Assembly (NCBI GenBank): GCA_003221695.1
Contig: QHSX01000039.1
Location: 93,637-157,636 of the forward strand
Direction: 5' to 3'
Length of the DNA stretch: 64,000 nt
From: Candidatus Rokuibacteriota bacterium
GTDB taxonomy: Bacteria > Methylomirabilota > Methylomirabilia > Rokubacteriales > CSP1-6
Position 1 is the stretch's first letter; the number at the start of each line of letters is the position of its first letter. Positions 9,843-19,313 of the stretch are shown here, piece by piece. The notes beneath the pieces are model-generated. The model worked only from the letters and a program-made list of their open reading frames with translations, made no database searches and had not been told where the DNA came from. A program made the translations under genes and the position numbers.

Positions 9843-12800
9843 CACCGGACCTCCTTCCGCTTCCCTCCCCGTCGGAGGAGACCCACCACCCATCCGAAGG
9901 CACCCGGGCCGAGACGGCGCAGCCCGATGTCCGGGATTAACAGAACCGCGACGAGCCCGACGAGCCACGGCCAGACCTCCACCGTGATGCGGGACCGCCG
10001 CCGCCCCTTGAGGAAGGCGTCGCGCGGGGTCTCGAGCGCCGACCCGCCCGTGAGCTCCGCCAGCTCGCGGAGGAGTGCCTCGTCCACCCCGAGGTCTCGC
10101 AGCTCCTGGGCGTAGGGTACCACCAGCCCCGCGAGCTGCGAGCCGATGACCCGATCGCCACGTCGCTGCGCCATGCCGACCAGGTACACGCCCTCCTGCG
10201 TGACCGGGAAACGACCGCGGTAGCGGCCCGGCCCCACCTGCTCGAGGTCGATCACGGTGCGCTCCCGGTTGGGCGCGACGACTCCCACCTGGGAGTCCAG
10301 GAAGTTGATGAACTCGCCCTTGGTGTCGACAGCGTCGACCACGATCTCACCGAGATCCTCGTGCCGCTCGACGAGCGCCACCGTGTCGCTGCGCGACCCG
10401 CTCCGCAGCGTCCAGCGAACGAGCTGCGACCAGAACTTGTTGAAGTCACGCCAGCGGAGCCAGAGGACCGCCCACTTCGCCTTGGCGTCGGACGTGAAGG
10501 CCGCCGTGCGACCGAGCCCGTACCGCCACGTCGCGAGCACCGGGTCCTCCTGATGGCTCATCAAGACCAGCTCGGCCGTGGACTTGAGCGTGGTCGCGAC
10601 GTAGCCGCCGAGCGGCGGCACGTTCTTCCAGTCGATCTCCTGCATCGCTTCGTGGTTGGGCGACGTGAGCTGGGGCTTGAAGGGCTGCTCGATGAGCGAG
10701 GCCTTCGACGCGAGCTGCGTCTCGAGCGTGAAGATACGCGGGATCGTCTGCGAGTCCTCGGTGTAGTAGAAGCGCCCTCTGCCCCACTTGGCGATATCCA
10801 CCATCAGCTGGACGTCGGCGTCCTTGCCGATCGCCACCGTCGACACGGTGATCTTGTCCTTCGCCATCCGGCGCAGCAGCCCCTGGAAGTCGCCGCGCGT
10901 CATCTGGCCGTCGGAGAGGAAGATGACGTGCTTGAGGAGCGCGGGCCGCTCGAACAGGACCGCGTACGACTCCTTGAGCGCCGGGTAGCCGTCCGTGCCC
11001 CCGCCCGCCTTGATCGTCGCGACCGCGTGATGGATCGCCTGCCGGTCCTTCGCCGACCTCACCGGCGCGTCCCAGATGAACTCGGTGTCCCAGCTCATGA
11101 CGCCGACTTCGTTGCGCTCGTCGAGGAGGTCCACGACGAGGTGGGCGGCCTCCTTCGCCAGGTCGAGCTTGGTGACCTTCTCGTCGGTCGCCATCGCCAT
11201 CGAGCCGGAACGGTCGATCGAGAGCACGACGGCCAGGCTCGGGATCTCGACCTTCTGCTTGACCTCCATCGTGACCGGCAGCGCCTCCTCGATCGGCGTG
11301 CGGTAGTAGCCGCCGAGCCCGAAGCTCTCCTCGCCACCGACCATCAGGAGCCCGCCGCCTCCATCGCGGACGTAGTCGCGGATGTGGGCCATCTGCGTCC
11401 GCGTGAGCTTGAGCGAGGAGACGTTGGAGAGGATGACGCCGTCGTATTTCTGCAGGCCCGCGACGTCGCTCGGGATCTGCGGCGGCTCGACGACGGTGAC
11501 CTCAATGTTCTGCGACCGGAGCGCGCCGGCGAGGGACTGCGCGTGGCTCCGGTCGCGGTCGGCGAGGAGCACCTGCGGCCGGCCGCGGACAACCACCGTC
11601 CCGACGGCGCGGTTGTTCTCTTCGATCGTGTCGCCCTCGACCTCGATCAACGCCTGGTAGACGTGGATGCCGCTGGCGTCGAGCGCCTGACGGTAGCCGA
11701 AGACGTTCTTGCCCGCGCTGAGCCGCACCACCTGCGAGCCGAGAAACTCGCCGTTGCGGAAGAGCGAGAGCCGGCCCTGTGCGTCCTTGTGACTCCACGC
11801 GACCACCTTCGCCTGGAACGGCTCGCCGTATTTGACCTCCTGCGGGAGCACGAGCGCCTCGGCCACCACTTCCTGCGTGAAGGTCAACGGCGCGGCGATG
11901 TAGTGGATGTCGCTGCCGGCGTTCTTGGCGGCCTGGGCTCCGGCGAGCGCGTTGCCGGCGTTCTGCCGCCCGTCCGTCAGCATCACGATCCGGTTCGCCT
12001 GCCCCGGCGGCAGCATCGCGAGGGCGAGCTGGATCGCCTGGAAGATGTTGGTCCCGCGCCCGTCCACCTGCGCCTTCGGCCGGTCCACCGTGGGCCGGTT
12101 CGCGAGCTGCTGGTCGACGACGGCGGCGTCGCCGAACACGATGAGGCCTTGCCGGTCGCCCGGCCTCATCGACCTGACGCCTTCGGCAACGAACCGGTAC
12201 GCGCGCTCGCGCGCGGCAAGGCTCACGCTGTCCGACACGTCGAGGAGAAAGACGACGTTCATCCGGTCCACCCAGCGCGGCAGCGCGGGACGCGCGAGCG
12301 TCAGGAAGAGGACGACGATGAGCGCGCCCCGGAGTGCCAGCGCCCAGCGGTCGCCGGCGCCCGTCGGCGCCTGGAGCCGCCCCGCGGTCTGGCGCCGCCA
12401 GTAGAGCAGCCCCTCGACCGCGAGCAAGACTGCGGCGATGAGCACGAACAGCGGCCAGAGCTCACGTTGGATCGGCACGGGCGCCGGCGGACCGACGGCG
12501 GGCCCAGACGACGCCGGCAGGGGGCGCGGCTGGAGATTCGATTCCTCGGTGTCCATCAGATTCACCGCGACCCGCGTCTCCCCCCGCGCGCTCGACAGCG
12601 TGTAGACGCCAACCTCGTCGGTCTCGGTGAAGCTCACCATGCCGCGGGTCACGAGCGCCTTGACGACGCGCCCGCGCGGGGTCGTCACGTTCACGCTCGT
12701 CACGCCGTGCGCCACCGGGAGGAGGATCGGCTGGCCGGCCGCGAGCTGCAGGCTCGACTGGTCGAGCGCCGCCGGGTGGAGCCAGCGCAGGCTGTTAGAG

Positions 12801-14218
12801 AGGATCAGCGGGAAGGCGACGCGCAGCGGGAAGTCCGTCTTGAAGAGGTCGAAGCCGATGAAGATCGCCTTCCGGTCGGGCTCCTCGAGCGCGTAGATGA
12901 GCGGGCCGCCGACGGCCTCCACGAGCGGCCGGCCCGCGGCGAGCGGGCGGATCCGGATGGCGTCTTCGATCGCGACCTTCGCGAACTCAACGTGGCGCAT
13001 GATCGGATGCGCGCGATCCCAATCCATGATGGTGGGTCGCTCGATCCTGCCGAGGACTTCGAGCGGGACGTCCGCGGGTACCGCGTTCACAAACACGAAG
13101 CGCCCCGCGCCCACGCGCGGCGGCGTGATGGAGTCCAGGACGACGACGTCCGCGTCGGCCATGCCACCCGCGTACTGGTCCGACGTGCGAACCTCGAGCG
13201 ACACCTGCGGGTCCGTCCTGAGGACCTTCTCGAGGAAGAGGTTCCCCGGGCTCACGAGGAGGACGTTGATCTTGCGCGGCGGCGGCAGCACCGCGTAGGC
13301 GACGTCGTCCACCGCCAGGTCGTCGTCGATCCGGAGGCGCGCCGTGACGAGCCCACCGCCGCCGTGGCTGAAGGGCAGGACGATCGAGCGCCGGACGCTC
13401 GGCTCGAGCGTCACGTCCTTCTCGGCGATCGTCCGGCCGTCGAGCTCCAGGGCGAACGTGAAGGTCTGAGCCTCGGGCGAGTAGTTCACGAGCGAGACGA
13501 ACGCCTGGTAGTCGGACCCGCCGACGGAGATCTTCCGGATCGCCAGGCTCGCGATGCCGACGTTCCAGCTCCGTCGCCCCACGCCGACCCAGCGGATGCG
13601 CGGGTCGGCGACGGCATGGGCCGAGGGCTGCGCGAACGCGCCGTCGGTGAAGACGTGGATCTCGGCGCGCGGGTCGGCGCCGACCAGGGCGCGCGCGGTC
13701 CGGACGGCCTCCGCGAGGCGGGTCGGGAGGTCCCGTGCCTGCGCCTGGCCGATGGCCGCCAGGGCACGCTGGCGGTCGCGCCCCAGCGCGGCCGTCACCT
13801 TCGGCTGGACGCCCGTCTCGATCACCATCACCTCGGCGCCCTCGCCCAGGCGACGCACGAGCTGGACCGCCGCCGCCTGCGCGATGTCGAAGCGCGACGG
13901 ACTGACGTCCCTCGCCTTCATGGAGGCCGAGGTGTCGAGCACCACCACGACCTTGCGAGCGCCGTCGCCCATCACCGTGACGGCCGGCCGCGCGAGGGCG
14001 AGGGACAGCGCGAGGAGGGCGAGGATCTGGAGAATCAGCAGCGGATCGCGCTGGAGCCGCTGGAAGAACGCCGACGCCTCGCGGTCGCGCAGCGACGGAT
14101 CCCACAGGAGCAGGCTCGGCACCCGCCGCTCGCGCCGGCGAATCTTGAGGAAGTAGAGCAGGATGAGCGGGAGGACCAGCGCCGTGAGAGCGAACGCGAG
14201 CGGCGAGAGGAAGCTCAT
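9842..14218 (-). CDS. Giant (1458 aa) membrane-anchored protein with BatA-type N-terminal domain and three von Willebrand factor A domains (fused BatA/BatB-like)
   Basis: N-terminus LILLYFLKIRRRERRVPSLLLW (BatA_N); vWA cores at VVVVLDTSASM, VVFLLDVSDSVS and LSIDRSGSMA; C-terminal TM segment. Confidence 0.8.
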   Translation of the reverse strand: MSFLSPLAFALTALVLPLILLYFLKIRRRERRVPSLLLWDPSLRDREASAFFQRLQRDPLLILQILALLALSLALARPAVTVMGDGARKVVVVLDTSASMKARDVSPSRFDIAQAAAVQLVRRLGEGAEVMVIETGVQPKVTAALGRDRQRALAAIGQAQARDLPTRLAEAVRTARALVGADPRAEIHVFTDGAFAQPSAHAVADPRIRWVGVGRRSWNVGIASLAIRKISVGGSDYQAFVSLVNYSPEAQTFTFALELDGRTIAEKDVTLEPSVRRSIVLPFSHGGGGLVTARLRIDDDLAVDDVAYAVLPPPRKINVLLVSPGNLFLEKVLRTDPQVSLEVRTSDQYAGGMADADVVVLDSITPPRVGAGRFVFVNAVPADVPLEVLGRIERPTIMDWDRAHPIMRHVEFAKVAIEDAIRIRPLAAGRPLVEAVGGPLIYALEEPDRKAIFIGFDLFKTDFPLRVAFPLILSNSLRWLHPAALDQSSLQLAAGQPILLPVAHGVTSVNVTTPRGRVVKALVTRGMVSFTETDEVGVYTLSSARGETRVAVNLMDTEESNLQPRPLPASSGPAVGPPAPVPIQRELWPLFVLIAAVLLAVEGLLYWRRQTAGRLQAPTGAGDRWALALRGALIVVLFLTLARPALPRWVDRMNVVFLLDVSDSVSLAARERAYRFVAEGVRSMRPGDRQGLIVFGDAAVVDQQLANRPTVDRPKAQVDGRGTNIFQAIQLALAMLPPGQANRIVMLTDGRQNAGNALAGAQAAKNAGSDIHYIAAPLTFTQEVVAEALVLPQEVKYGEPFQAKVVAWSHKDAQGRLSLFRNGEFLGSQVVRLSAGKNVFGYRQALDASGIHVYQALIEVEGDTIEENNRAVGTVVVRGRPQVLLADRDRSHAQSLAGALRSQNIEVTVVEPPQIPSDVAGLQKYDGVILSNVSSLKLTRTQMAHIRDYVRDGGGGLLMVGGEESFGLGGYYRTPIEEALPVTMEVKQKVEIPSLAVVLSIDRSGSMAMATDEKVTKLDLAKEAAHLVVDLLDERNEVGVMSWDTEFIWDAPVRSAKDRQAIHHAVATIKAGGGTDGYPALKESYAVLFERPALLKHVIFLSDGQMTRGDFQGLLRRMAKDKITVSTVAIGKDADVQLMVDIAKWGRGRFYYTEDSQTIPRIFTLETQLASKASLIEQPFKPQLTSPNHEAMQEIDWKNVPPLGGYVATTLKSTAELVLMSHQEDPVLATWRYGLGRTAAFTSDAKAKWAVLWLRWRDFNKFWSQLVRWTLRSGSRSDTVALVERHEDLGEIVVDAVDTKGEFINFLDSQVGVVAPNRERTVIDLEQVGPGRYRGRFPVTQEGVYLVGMAQRRGDRVIGSQLAGLVVPYAQELRDLGVDEALLRELAELTGGSALETPRDAFLKGRRRSRITVEVWPWLVGLVAVLLIPDIGLRRLGPGAFGWVVGLLRRGGKRKEVR

Positions 14219-15102
14219 ACCAGTAGGCGGCCTCGGATCTGCGCGAGCACGAACTCCTCGACCGGGGTGTCGGTCGTCACCCGGTGGTACCCGATCTCCT
14301 GGGTGCGGCTGAACGTCTCGACGCGCTCGAGGAATTGCCGAAGGCGCTCGCGGTAGGTACGGAGCGCCTCGCCGTCGACGGAGAGCTCGCGGGTCTCGCC
14401 GGTCTCGGCGTCGACGAGCCGCAGATCGCCGGCGAGCTCGGGGTCCATCTCCTCGGGCGCCAGCACGTGGACCAGGTGGACGTCGAACCGCCGCTCGAGC
14501 AGGGCGCGCACCCCCGTCTCGAACCCGGCGGGATCCATGAGATCGGAGACCACGACGGCGAGCCCCGGCTCGCGCGCTCGCATGGCGTAGTTGCCGAGCC
14601 CGTCGTTGAGACTCGTGCCGCCGGCAGGCCCGACGCGACCCAAGAACTCGAACAGGTTCACCACCTGGTTACGCCCGCGTGTGGGCGACCAGCCCTCGGC
14701 CACGCGCTCGCGCAGCACGCCCACTCCCACGCGCTCCATGCCGACCAGGCCAACGAAGCCGAGCGCGGCCGCGAGCCGCGCGCCGTACTCGAGCTTCGTC
14801 GGCGCGCCGAAGTCCATCGACGCCGAGGCGTCCAGGAGGAGGTGCAGGCACAGGTCCTCCTCGTCCACGAAGAGCTTGACGTGGAGCCGGTCGAGGCGCC
14901 CGTAGATGTTCCAGTCGACGTAGCGGAGGTCGTCACCTACCCCGTAGGCGCGGTAGTCGCAGAACTCGACGCTGTGCCCGCGGCGCGGGCTACGCCGTTC
15001 CCCCCTCACGCGTCCGCGAAACACGCGACGCGAGAGCAGCGCCAGGCGCTCCAGCTGCGCCAGGAACTCCGACGAGAAGGGGGCGGGGCGCGTGGTGGGC
15101 AT
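14215..15102 (-). CDS. DUF58-family protein (vWA-like), MoxR partner
   Basis: 295 aa; HLLLDASASM motif and DUF58 context between MoxR and the vWA genes. Confidence 0.75.
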   Translation of the reverse strand: MPTTRPAPFSSEFLAQLERLALLSRRVFRGRVRGERRSPRRGHSVEFCDYRAYGVGDDLRYVDWNIYGRLDRLHVKLFVDEEDLCLHLLLDASASMDFGAPTKLEYGARLAAALGFVGLVGMERVGVGVLRERVAEGWSPTRGRNQVVNLFEFLGRVGPAGGTSLNDGLGNYAMRAREPGLAVVVSDLMDPAGFETGVRALLERRFDVHLVHVLAPEEMDPELAGDLRLVDAETGETRELSVDGEALRTYRERLRQFLERVETFSRTQEIGYHRVTTDTPVEEFVLAQIRGRLLV

Positions 15103-15105
15103 GAA

Positions 15106-16557
15106 CTAGCGCTCGTCGAGCGCCTGGAAGTAGTTCCGGATCTGGTCGTGATAGTCGCGCGGCACTTGCTCGCGCGTGATCGCGTCCTCCATCATCTTGC
15201 GGTACTGCCCGACGACCCCGAGGTACATGAGGCGCGAAGGCATCTGGCCTGCCCGGCCGGTGAGGTTCGTGTCGTAGCCCTCCTTCTTGCCGCGACGCGA
15301 TTCGCCCTCGACGCCGACGTCGTAAGGACTGGCGCGGAGCCGAGCCGTCGCGTCGCCCTTCGGCATGGTGCTCCGTCCCTTGCCCGGCAGGAGCCCCTCG
15401 CCCTCCCCGAAATCCTGGTCCTCGGGCCCGTTACCCTCCCCGCCCCGGGCGTGGTCGCGCCCCCGGACGCCGCGCTCGTTCTCACGGCCGCCGCGCAGGC
15501 CCTTCCCCGAGCGTTGCGCCTCCTCCATCGCACGCATCTTGTCGAGGGCGCGCTGCATGGCCTCGAGGGCACGGTCCGTCTGCCCGCCCTCGAGCGCCTC
15601 CATCCCCTCGGTCGCGTCGCCGCTCCAGTTACCGCCCTTGCGTCCGAGGCGCTCCATCTCGTCGAGCAGCTCGCGGAGCTTCCGGGGCGAGATGTCCGGA
15701 GAGAGCCCGCTCAGCAGCGACTTGGACTTGCGGTAGACCATCTTGTACTGGGAGCTCGTGAAGTCCGACTGGAGGTCCGGCAGCCTATCCACCTGCTCCA
15801 GCAGCTTGAGCCGCTCGTCGCCCTTCTTCAGGAAGCTGTTGAAGTCGGGCCGCTGGCTCGACAGCGCGGTGTCCTTGAAGATCGCCGAGAGGTCGCCCGC
15901 GGTCGACCCGCTGCCCGTACCACTCTTCTGGGCGAAGTCGCGCTCCTCGACCGACGGGCGCTTGAGCGGCGTCGTCTGCAGCGGCCGCGATCGCTCCTCC
16001 ATCAGCTCGGTCGTGGTCCGCTCCTCACGCTGCTCCGGCTCGGTGGACGGGGTGAAGTCGCCGATCGTTCCCAGCGGCAGGTGCATCGCCGGCGCGAACG
16101 CCAGGACCAGCCCCGCGAGGAGCGGCGCCGGCAGCCAGCGCCCTTCGAGCGGAATCGCGCGGCGCACGATCCATCGCGACTCGAGGGTGGAGACGCGCGC
16201 CGCGGTGTCGGCGACGAGCGCGTCCACGAGCGGCGTTCGGTCGGGGCGGTCGGCCCACTCGAGCACGGTGGCGACGCGGTCGGCGAGGCCGAAGGCGCGG
16301 TCGGCGAGCCGCGCGACATCCTGAACGATGACTCGCTTGGTGAACCCGTAGGTGGTGCCGGCGATCGCGCCCAGCGCGACGAGCGCGGGAGCCACGGCGA
16401 GCGCGGCGAGACCCAGGGCGGCCTTGAAGACGAGCACGGCCGCGGCGACGAGAGCGCCCCAGAACGCGCCGCGCAGGCCCCAGTGCTCGGCGCGGCGGAC
16501 CCGGACCTCCCGCGCGACCCGCCGGACAAGGACTTCGATCGTCTGCGGATGATCCAT
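15106..16557 (-). CDS. Hypothetical membrane protein with a long low-complexity charged C-terminal region
   Basis: 483 aa; N-terminal TM helices, then a region rich in R/E/G/K; no recognisable catalytic motifs. Confidence 0.55.
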   Translation of the reverse strand: MDHPQTIEVLVRRVAREVRVRRAEHWGLRGAFWGALVAAAVLVFKAALGLAALAVAPALVALGAIAGTTYGFTKRVIVQDVARLADRAFGLADRVATVLEWADRPDRTPLVDALVADTAARVSTLESRWIVRRAIPLEGRWLPAPLLAGLVLAFAPAMHLPLGTIGDFTPSTEPEQREERTTTELMEERSRPLQTTPLKRPSVEERDFAQKSGTGSGSTAGDLSAIFKDTALSSQRPDFNSFLKKGDERLKLLEQVDRLPDLQSDFTSSQYKMVYRKSKSLLSGLSPDISPRKLRELLDEMERLGRKGGNWSGDATEGMEALEGGQTDRALEAMQRALDKMRAMEEAQRSGKGLRGGRENERGVRGRDHARGGEGNGPEDQDFGEGEGLLPGKGRSTMPKGDATARLRASPYDVGVEGESRRGKKEGYDTNLTGRAGQMPSRLMYLGVVGQYRKMMEDAITREQVPRDYHDQIRNYFQALDER

Positions 16558-16572
16558 GGGGTCCTCTCGCGC

Positions 16573-17586
16573 TCAGCGAAGAAAGACTTCTCTACCGCTG
16601 GCCGTAATGGCCTCTGCAGCCTCCACGATCTGGCCGATCAGGGTGTCGGCGTCCACCCCCTCGGCCTCGCCCTCGAAGTTCAGGATGACCCGGTGACGCA
16701 GGGCAGGCATGGCGAGGGCCTTGATGTCCTCCGCGCTCACGTTGTAACGCCCCTCCGCGAGGGCCCGGACCTTGGCGCCCAGCACGAGCGCCTGGGCGCC
16801 GCGCGGGCTGGCGCCGTACCGCACGAACCGACGCGAGACCTCGGGCGAGCCGGCCCAGGACGGGTGCGTCGCCATCACGATGGTGGACGCCAGGTCGCGG
16901 ACGTGCGAGGCGATCGGCACCTCGCGGATCAGCTCGCGGAGCGAAAGCACCGTGGGCCCGTTCATCACGCGGCTCACCGTCACGTGCCGTGATTGAGTGG
17001 TGCGGTCGATGATCGCGTTCAGCTCGTCGATTGCGGGGTACCGAACCCGCAGCTTGAACAGGAACCGGTCCAGCTGCGCCTCGGGCAGCGGATAGGTGCC
17101 CTCCATCTCGATCGGGTTCTGGGTCGCAAGCACGAAGAAGGGCGCGGGGAGCGGCCGCGAGGCGCCTCCGACGGTGACGGCGCCTTCCTGCATCCCCTCG
17201 AGCAGCGCCGACTGGGTCTTCGGCGTGGCGCGGTTGATCTCGTCCGCGAGGAGGATGTGGGCGAAGATCGGCCCCTGCTGGAACTGGAAGTGCTTTCGGC
17301 CGTCCACGTCCTCAACGATGATGTTCGTACCGATGATGTCGGCGGGCATCAGGTCGGGCGTGAACTGGATCCGCGAGAACGACAGCTCGAGGCCTTCGGC
17401 GAGCGTCTTGATGAGCAGCGTCTTGCCGAGACCCGGCACGCCTTCGAGGAGGACGTGACCGCCGGCGAACATGGCGGTCAGGACGTGGGTGATGATCTCG
17501 CGGTGGCCGACGATGACCTTCTCGACCTCCGCCCGCAGCGCCTCGAACGCGGTGACGAACGCTTCCACCCGAGCGTCCTGAGTCAT
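16573..17586 (-). CDS. moxR: MoxR-like AAA+ ATPase
   Basis: Walker A GVPGLGKT and Walker B LLADEINRA; 337 aa; heads the vWA/DUF58 operon. Confidence 0.9.
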   Translation of the reverse strand: MTQDARVEAFVTAFEALRAEVEKVIVGHREIITHVLTAMFAGGHVLLEGVPGLGKTLLIKTLAEGLELSFSRIQFTPDLMPADIIGTNIIVEDVDGRKHFQFQQGPIFAHILLADEINRATPKTQSALLEGMQEGAVTVGGASRPLPAPFFVLATQNPIEMEGTYPLPEAQLDRFLFKLRVRYPAIDELNAIIDRTTQSRHVTVSRVMNGPTVLSLRELIREVPIASHVRDLASTIVMATHPSWAGSPEVSRRFVRYGASPRGAQALVLGAKVRALAEGRYNVSAEDIKALAMPALRHRVILNFEGEAEGVDADTLIGQIVEAAEAITASGREVFLR

Positions 17587-17885
17587 TCAGGTCTCCTCTC
17601 TCGGACGATCACGCCGACGTCGCCATTAAAGACGCCAAATCACCCGAGCGGGTTTCCGGCCAAACCCCTAAAACTCGCTGCGACCTCCCCTGACGTCGAT
17701 ACGGAATGCCGTCGAGCCGGGGCGGCTGCCAGTCGCCGCCCGCTAACCCCATCGTAACCCCAGGTGGCTCGTAATGCGCGCGTCATTTGCGTCGGGGGCG
17801 CGCGCCGAGCAAGTGACCGCCCCGCTTGACCTAGCGCTCCGGCCGCCGCGGCGCCCCGGGGCGAGCCCCGCCGCCAGCCCGGAGC

Positions 17886-18929
17886 TCACGCGGAAACCGG
17901 TACCAGCTGGCGGTAGACGTCGATGTAGCCGTCGATCTCGCGCGCCGCCGGGTACCGACGCGTGATCAACTCGCGTCCCGCGGCGCCCAGGCGGGCGCGG
18001 AGGGCGGGGTCGGAGGCGAGCAGCTCCGCGCGACGCTCGAACTCGGCCTCGTCGCGGAAGTGGAAGCCGGTGACGCCGTCCTCGATCAGAGATCGGTTGC
18101 CCTCGATGTCAGACGCCAGCACCGCACGACCCAGCGCCAGCGCCTCGAGCACGGAATTGGCCATCCCACCCTCGGAGATCGAGCAGTTCAGCACGACGTC
18201 GCCCGTGGCGAGGAGCCCGCCCATCTCGGCGTGGGGCACGGCACCGATCCAGCGGGCCCACGGCCGCCCCCGGAGGGCCCGGCGGAGCGCGTCGCCCTCG
18301 TCGGCGTCGAGCGTGGGCCCGACGTAGAGGAGGCGCACGCGCGGGCGTCGGGCGACGAGCCGTTCGAGCGGCTCGAGCGGGAAGCGTGGGCGCTTCACCA
18401 TCCGGATGCCGGCGGGGAAGACGAACAGGTCACGCTCCCGCGGGAGGTCCCAGCGGGCGCCGAGGTCGAAGGGCTCCGTCGTGTCGACCAGGGTGGACTG
18501 CGGAACGACGACGAGCCGCCCCCGGAGGTCGGGCAGCGCTCCGGCCACGCGCTCGGCGATCGAGTCATGGAAGGCGGTCAGACGCGCGGCGCCCTCGAGC
18601 ACACGGCGTACGACAGAGGCACGCTCGGGATCGAAGAGGTCGTGGTTGGCATCGGTGCCGGTCAGCGTCACGACCAGCGGGATCTCGGCCCGTCGGGCCT
18701 GGCGCAGCGCGAGCGGCCCCGCGCGATAGGCGTGGAAGGCGTGGACGACCGCGGGCCGAAACGCGTCCACCTCGGCCTCGACGGCCACCCCGGGGTGGAG
18801 CGAGAGGTCCCAAACGTCGACCTCGACACCGCGCGCGCGAAGGCCATGCGCCACCCGGGCGGCGGTCACGGCGTTGCCGCGCACCGAGGGGAACGCAAAC
18901 GGGGTGAGCAGCGCCACGCGCGGCGACAT
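17886..18929 (-). CDS. GT4-family glycosyltransferase
   Basis: GT-B fold; ...LSEGGMANSVLEALALGRAVLASDIEGN... EX7E-like C-terminal domain; start taken at MSPRVALL (ATG 18929). Confidence 0.7.
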   Translation of the reverse strand: MSPRVALLTPFAFPSVRGNAVTAARVAHGLRARGVEVDVWDLSLHPGVAVEAEVDAFRPAVVHAFHAYRAGPLALRQARRAEIPLVVTLTGTDANHDLFDPERASVVRRVLEGAARLTAFHDSIAERVAGALPDLRGRLVVVPQSTLVDTTEPFDLGARWDLPRERDLFVFPAGIRMVKRPRFPLEPLERLVARRPRVRLLYVGPTLDADEGDALRRALRGRPWARWIGAVPHAEMGGLLATGDVVLNCSISEGGMANSVLEALALGRAVLASDIEGNRSLIEDGVTGFHFRDEAEFERRAELLASDPALRARLGAAGRELITRRYPAAREIDGYIDVYRQLVPVSA

Positions 18930-19043
18930 CGGCCCCGAGCATACGGGCATCGGCGCGCTCCGTCCAGACGCCACGCGACGGGCCGCGGGTCCGGAATCTC
19001 TCACCCCGGCTCGACCGTCCTATATAATGTGCTGGGATCTTAG

Positions 19044-19313
19044 ATGTCTGAGTGCGGAGCGTCAGGACCCTCATCGATCGAGTGTCGGCAGATCGCCGAA
19101 CTCTTGGGCGAGTATCTCGAGGGAACTCTCCCCCAACAGACGCGCGAACTGCTGGAGTGGCACATCGAGGGCTGCGCCCCCTGCGTCGCCTTCGTCAACA
19201 CGTACCGCGGCACGATCACCGCCGCCCGCAAGCTCCGCGACGTCGACATCCCTCCCGAGCTGAAGAAACGGCTGCTGGCCGTTCTCCGCGCCCAGCGCGC
19301 CGCTAAGCCGTAA
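19044..19313 (+). CDS. Putative zinc-finger anti-sigma factor (zf-HC2/RsrA-like, 89 aa)
   Basis: H-x3-C-x2-C motif (HIEGCAPC) plus upstream Cys; no sigma-factor gene adjacent. Confidence 0.6.
   Translation: MSECGASGPSSIECRQIAELLGEYLEGTLPQQTRELLEWHIEGCAPCVAFVNTYRGTITAARKLRDVDIPPELKKRLLAVLRAQRAAKP

Noticed and set aside
17650-17667. Hairpin GGGTTT-CCGGCC-AAACCC upstream of moxR, considered as a tRNA fragment or terminator
   Set aside because: There is no cloverleaf or T-loop, and no U-tract in either orientation. It is probably just 5'-UTR structure.
17587-17885. The 300-nt intergenic region and other spacers were searched for tRNA-Sec (selC) or other tRNA genes
   Set aside because: No GTTCGAATC-type T-arm or acceptor-stem pairing was found. 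No tRNA or rRNA genes are supported in this window.
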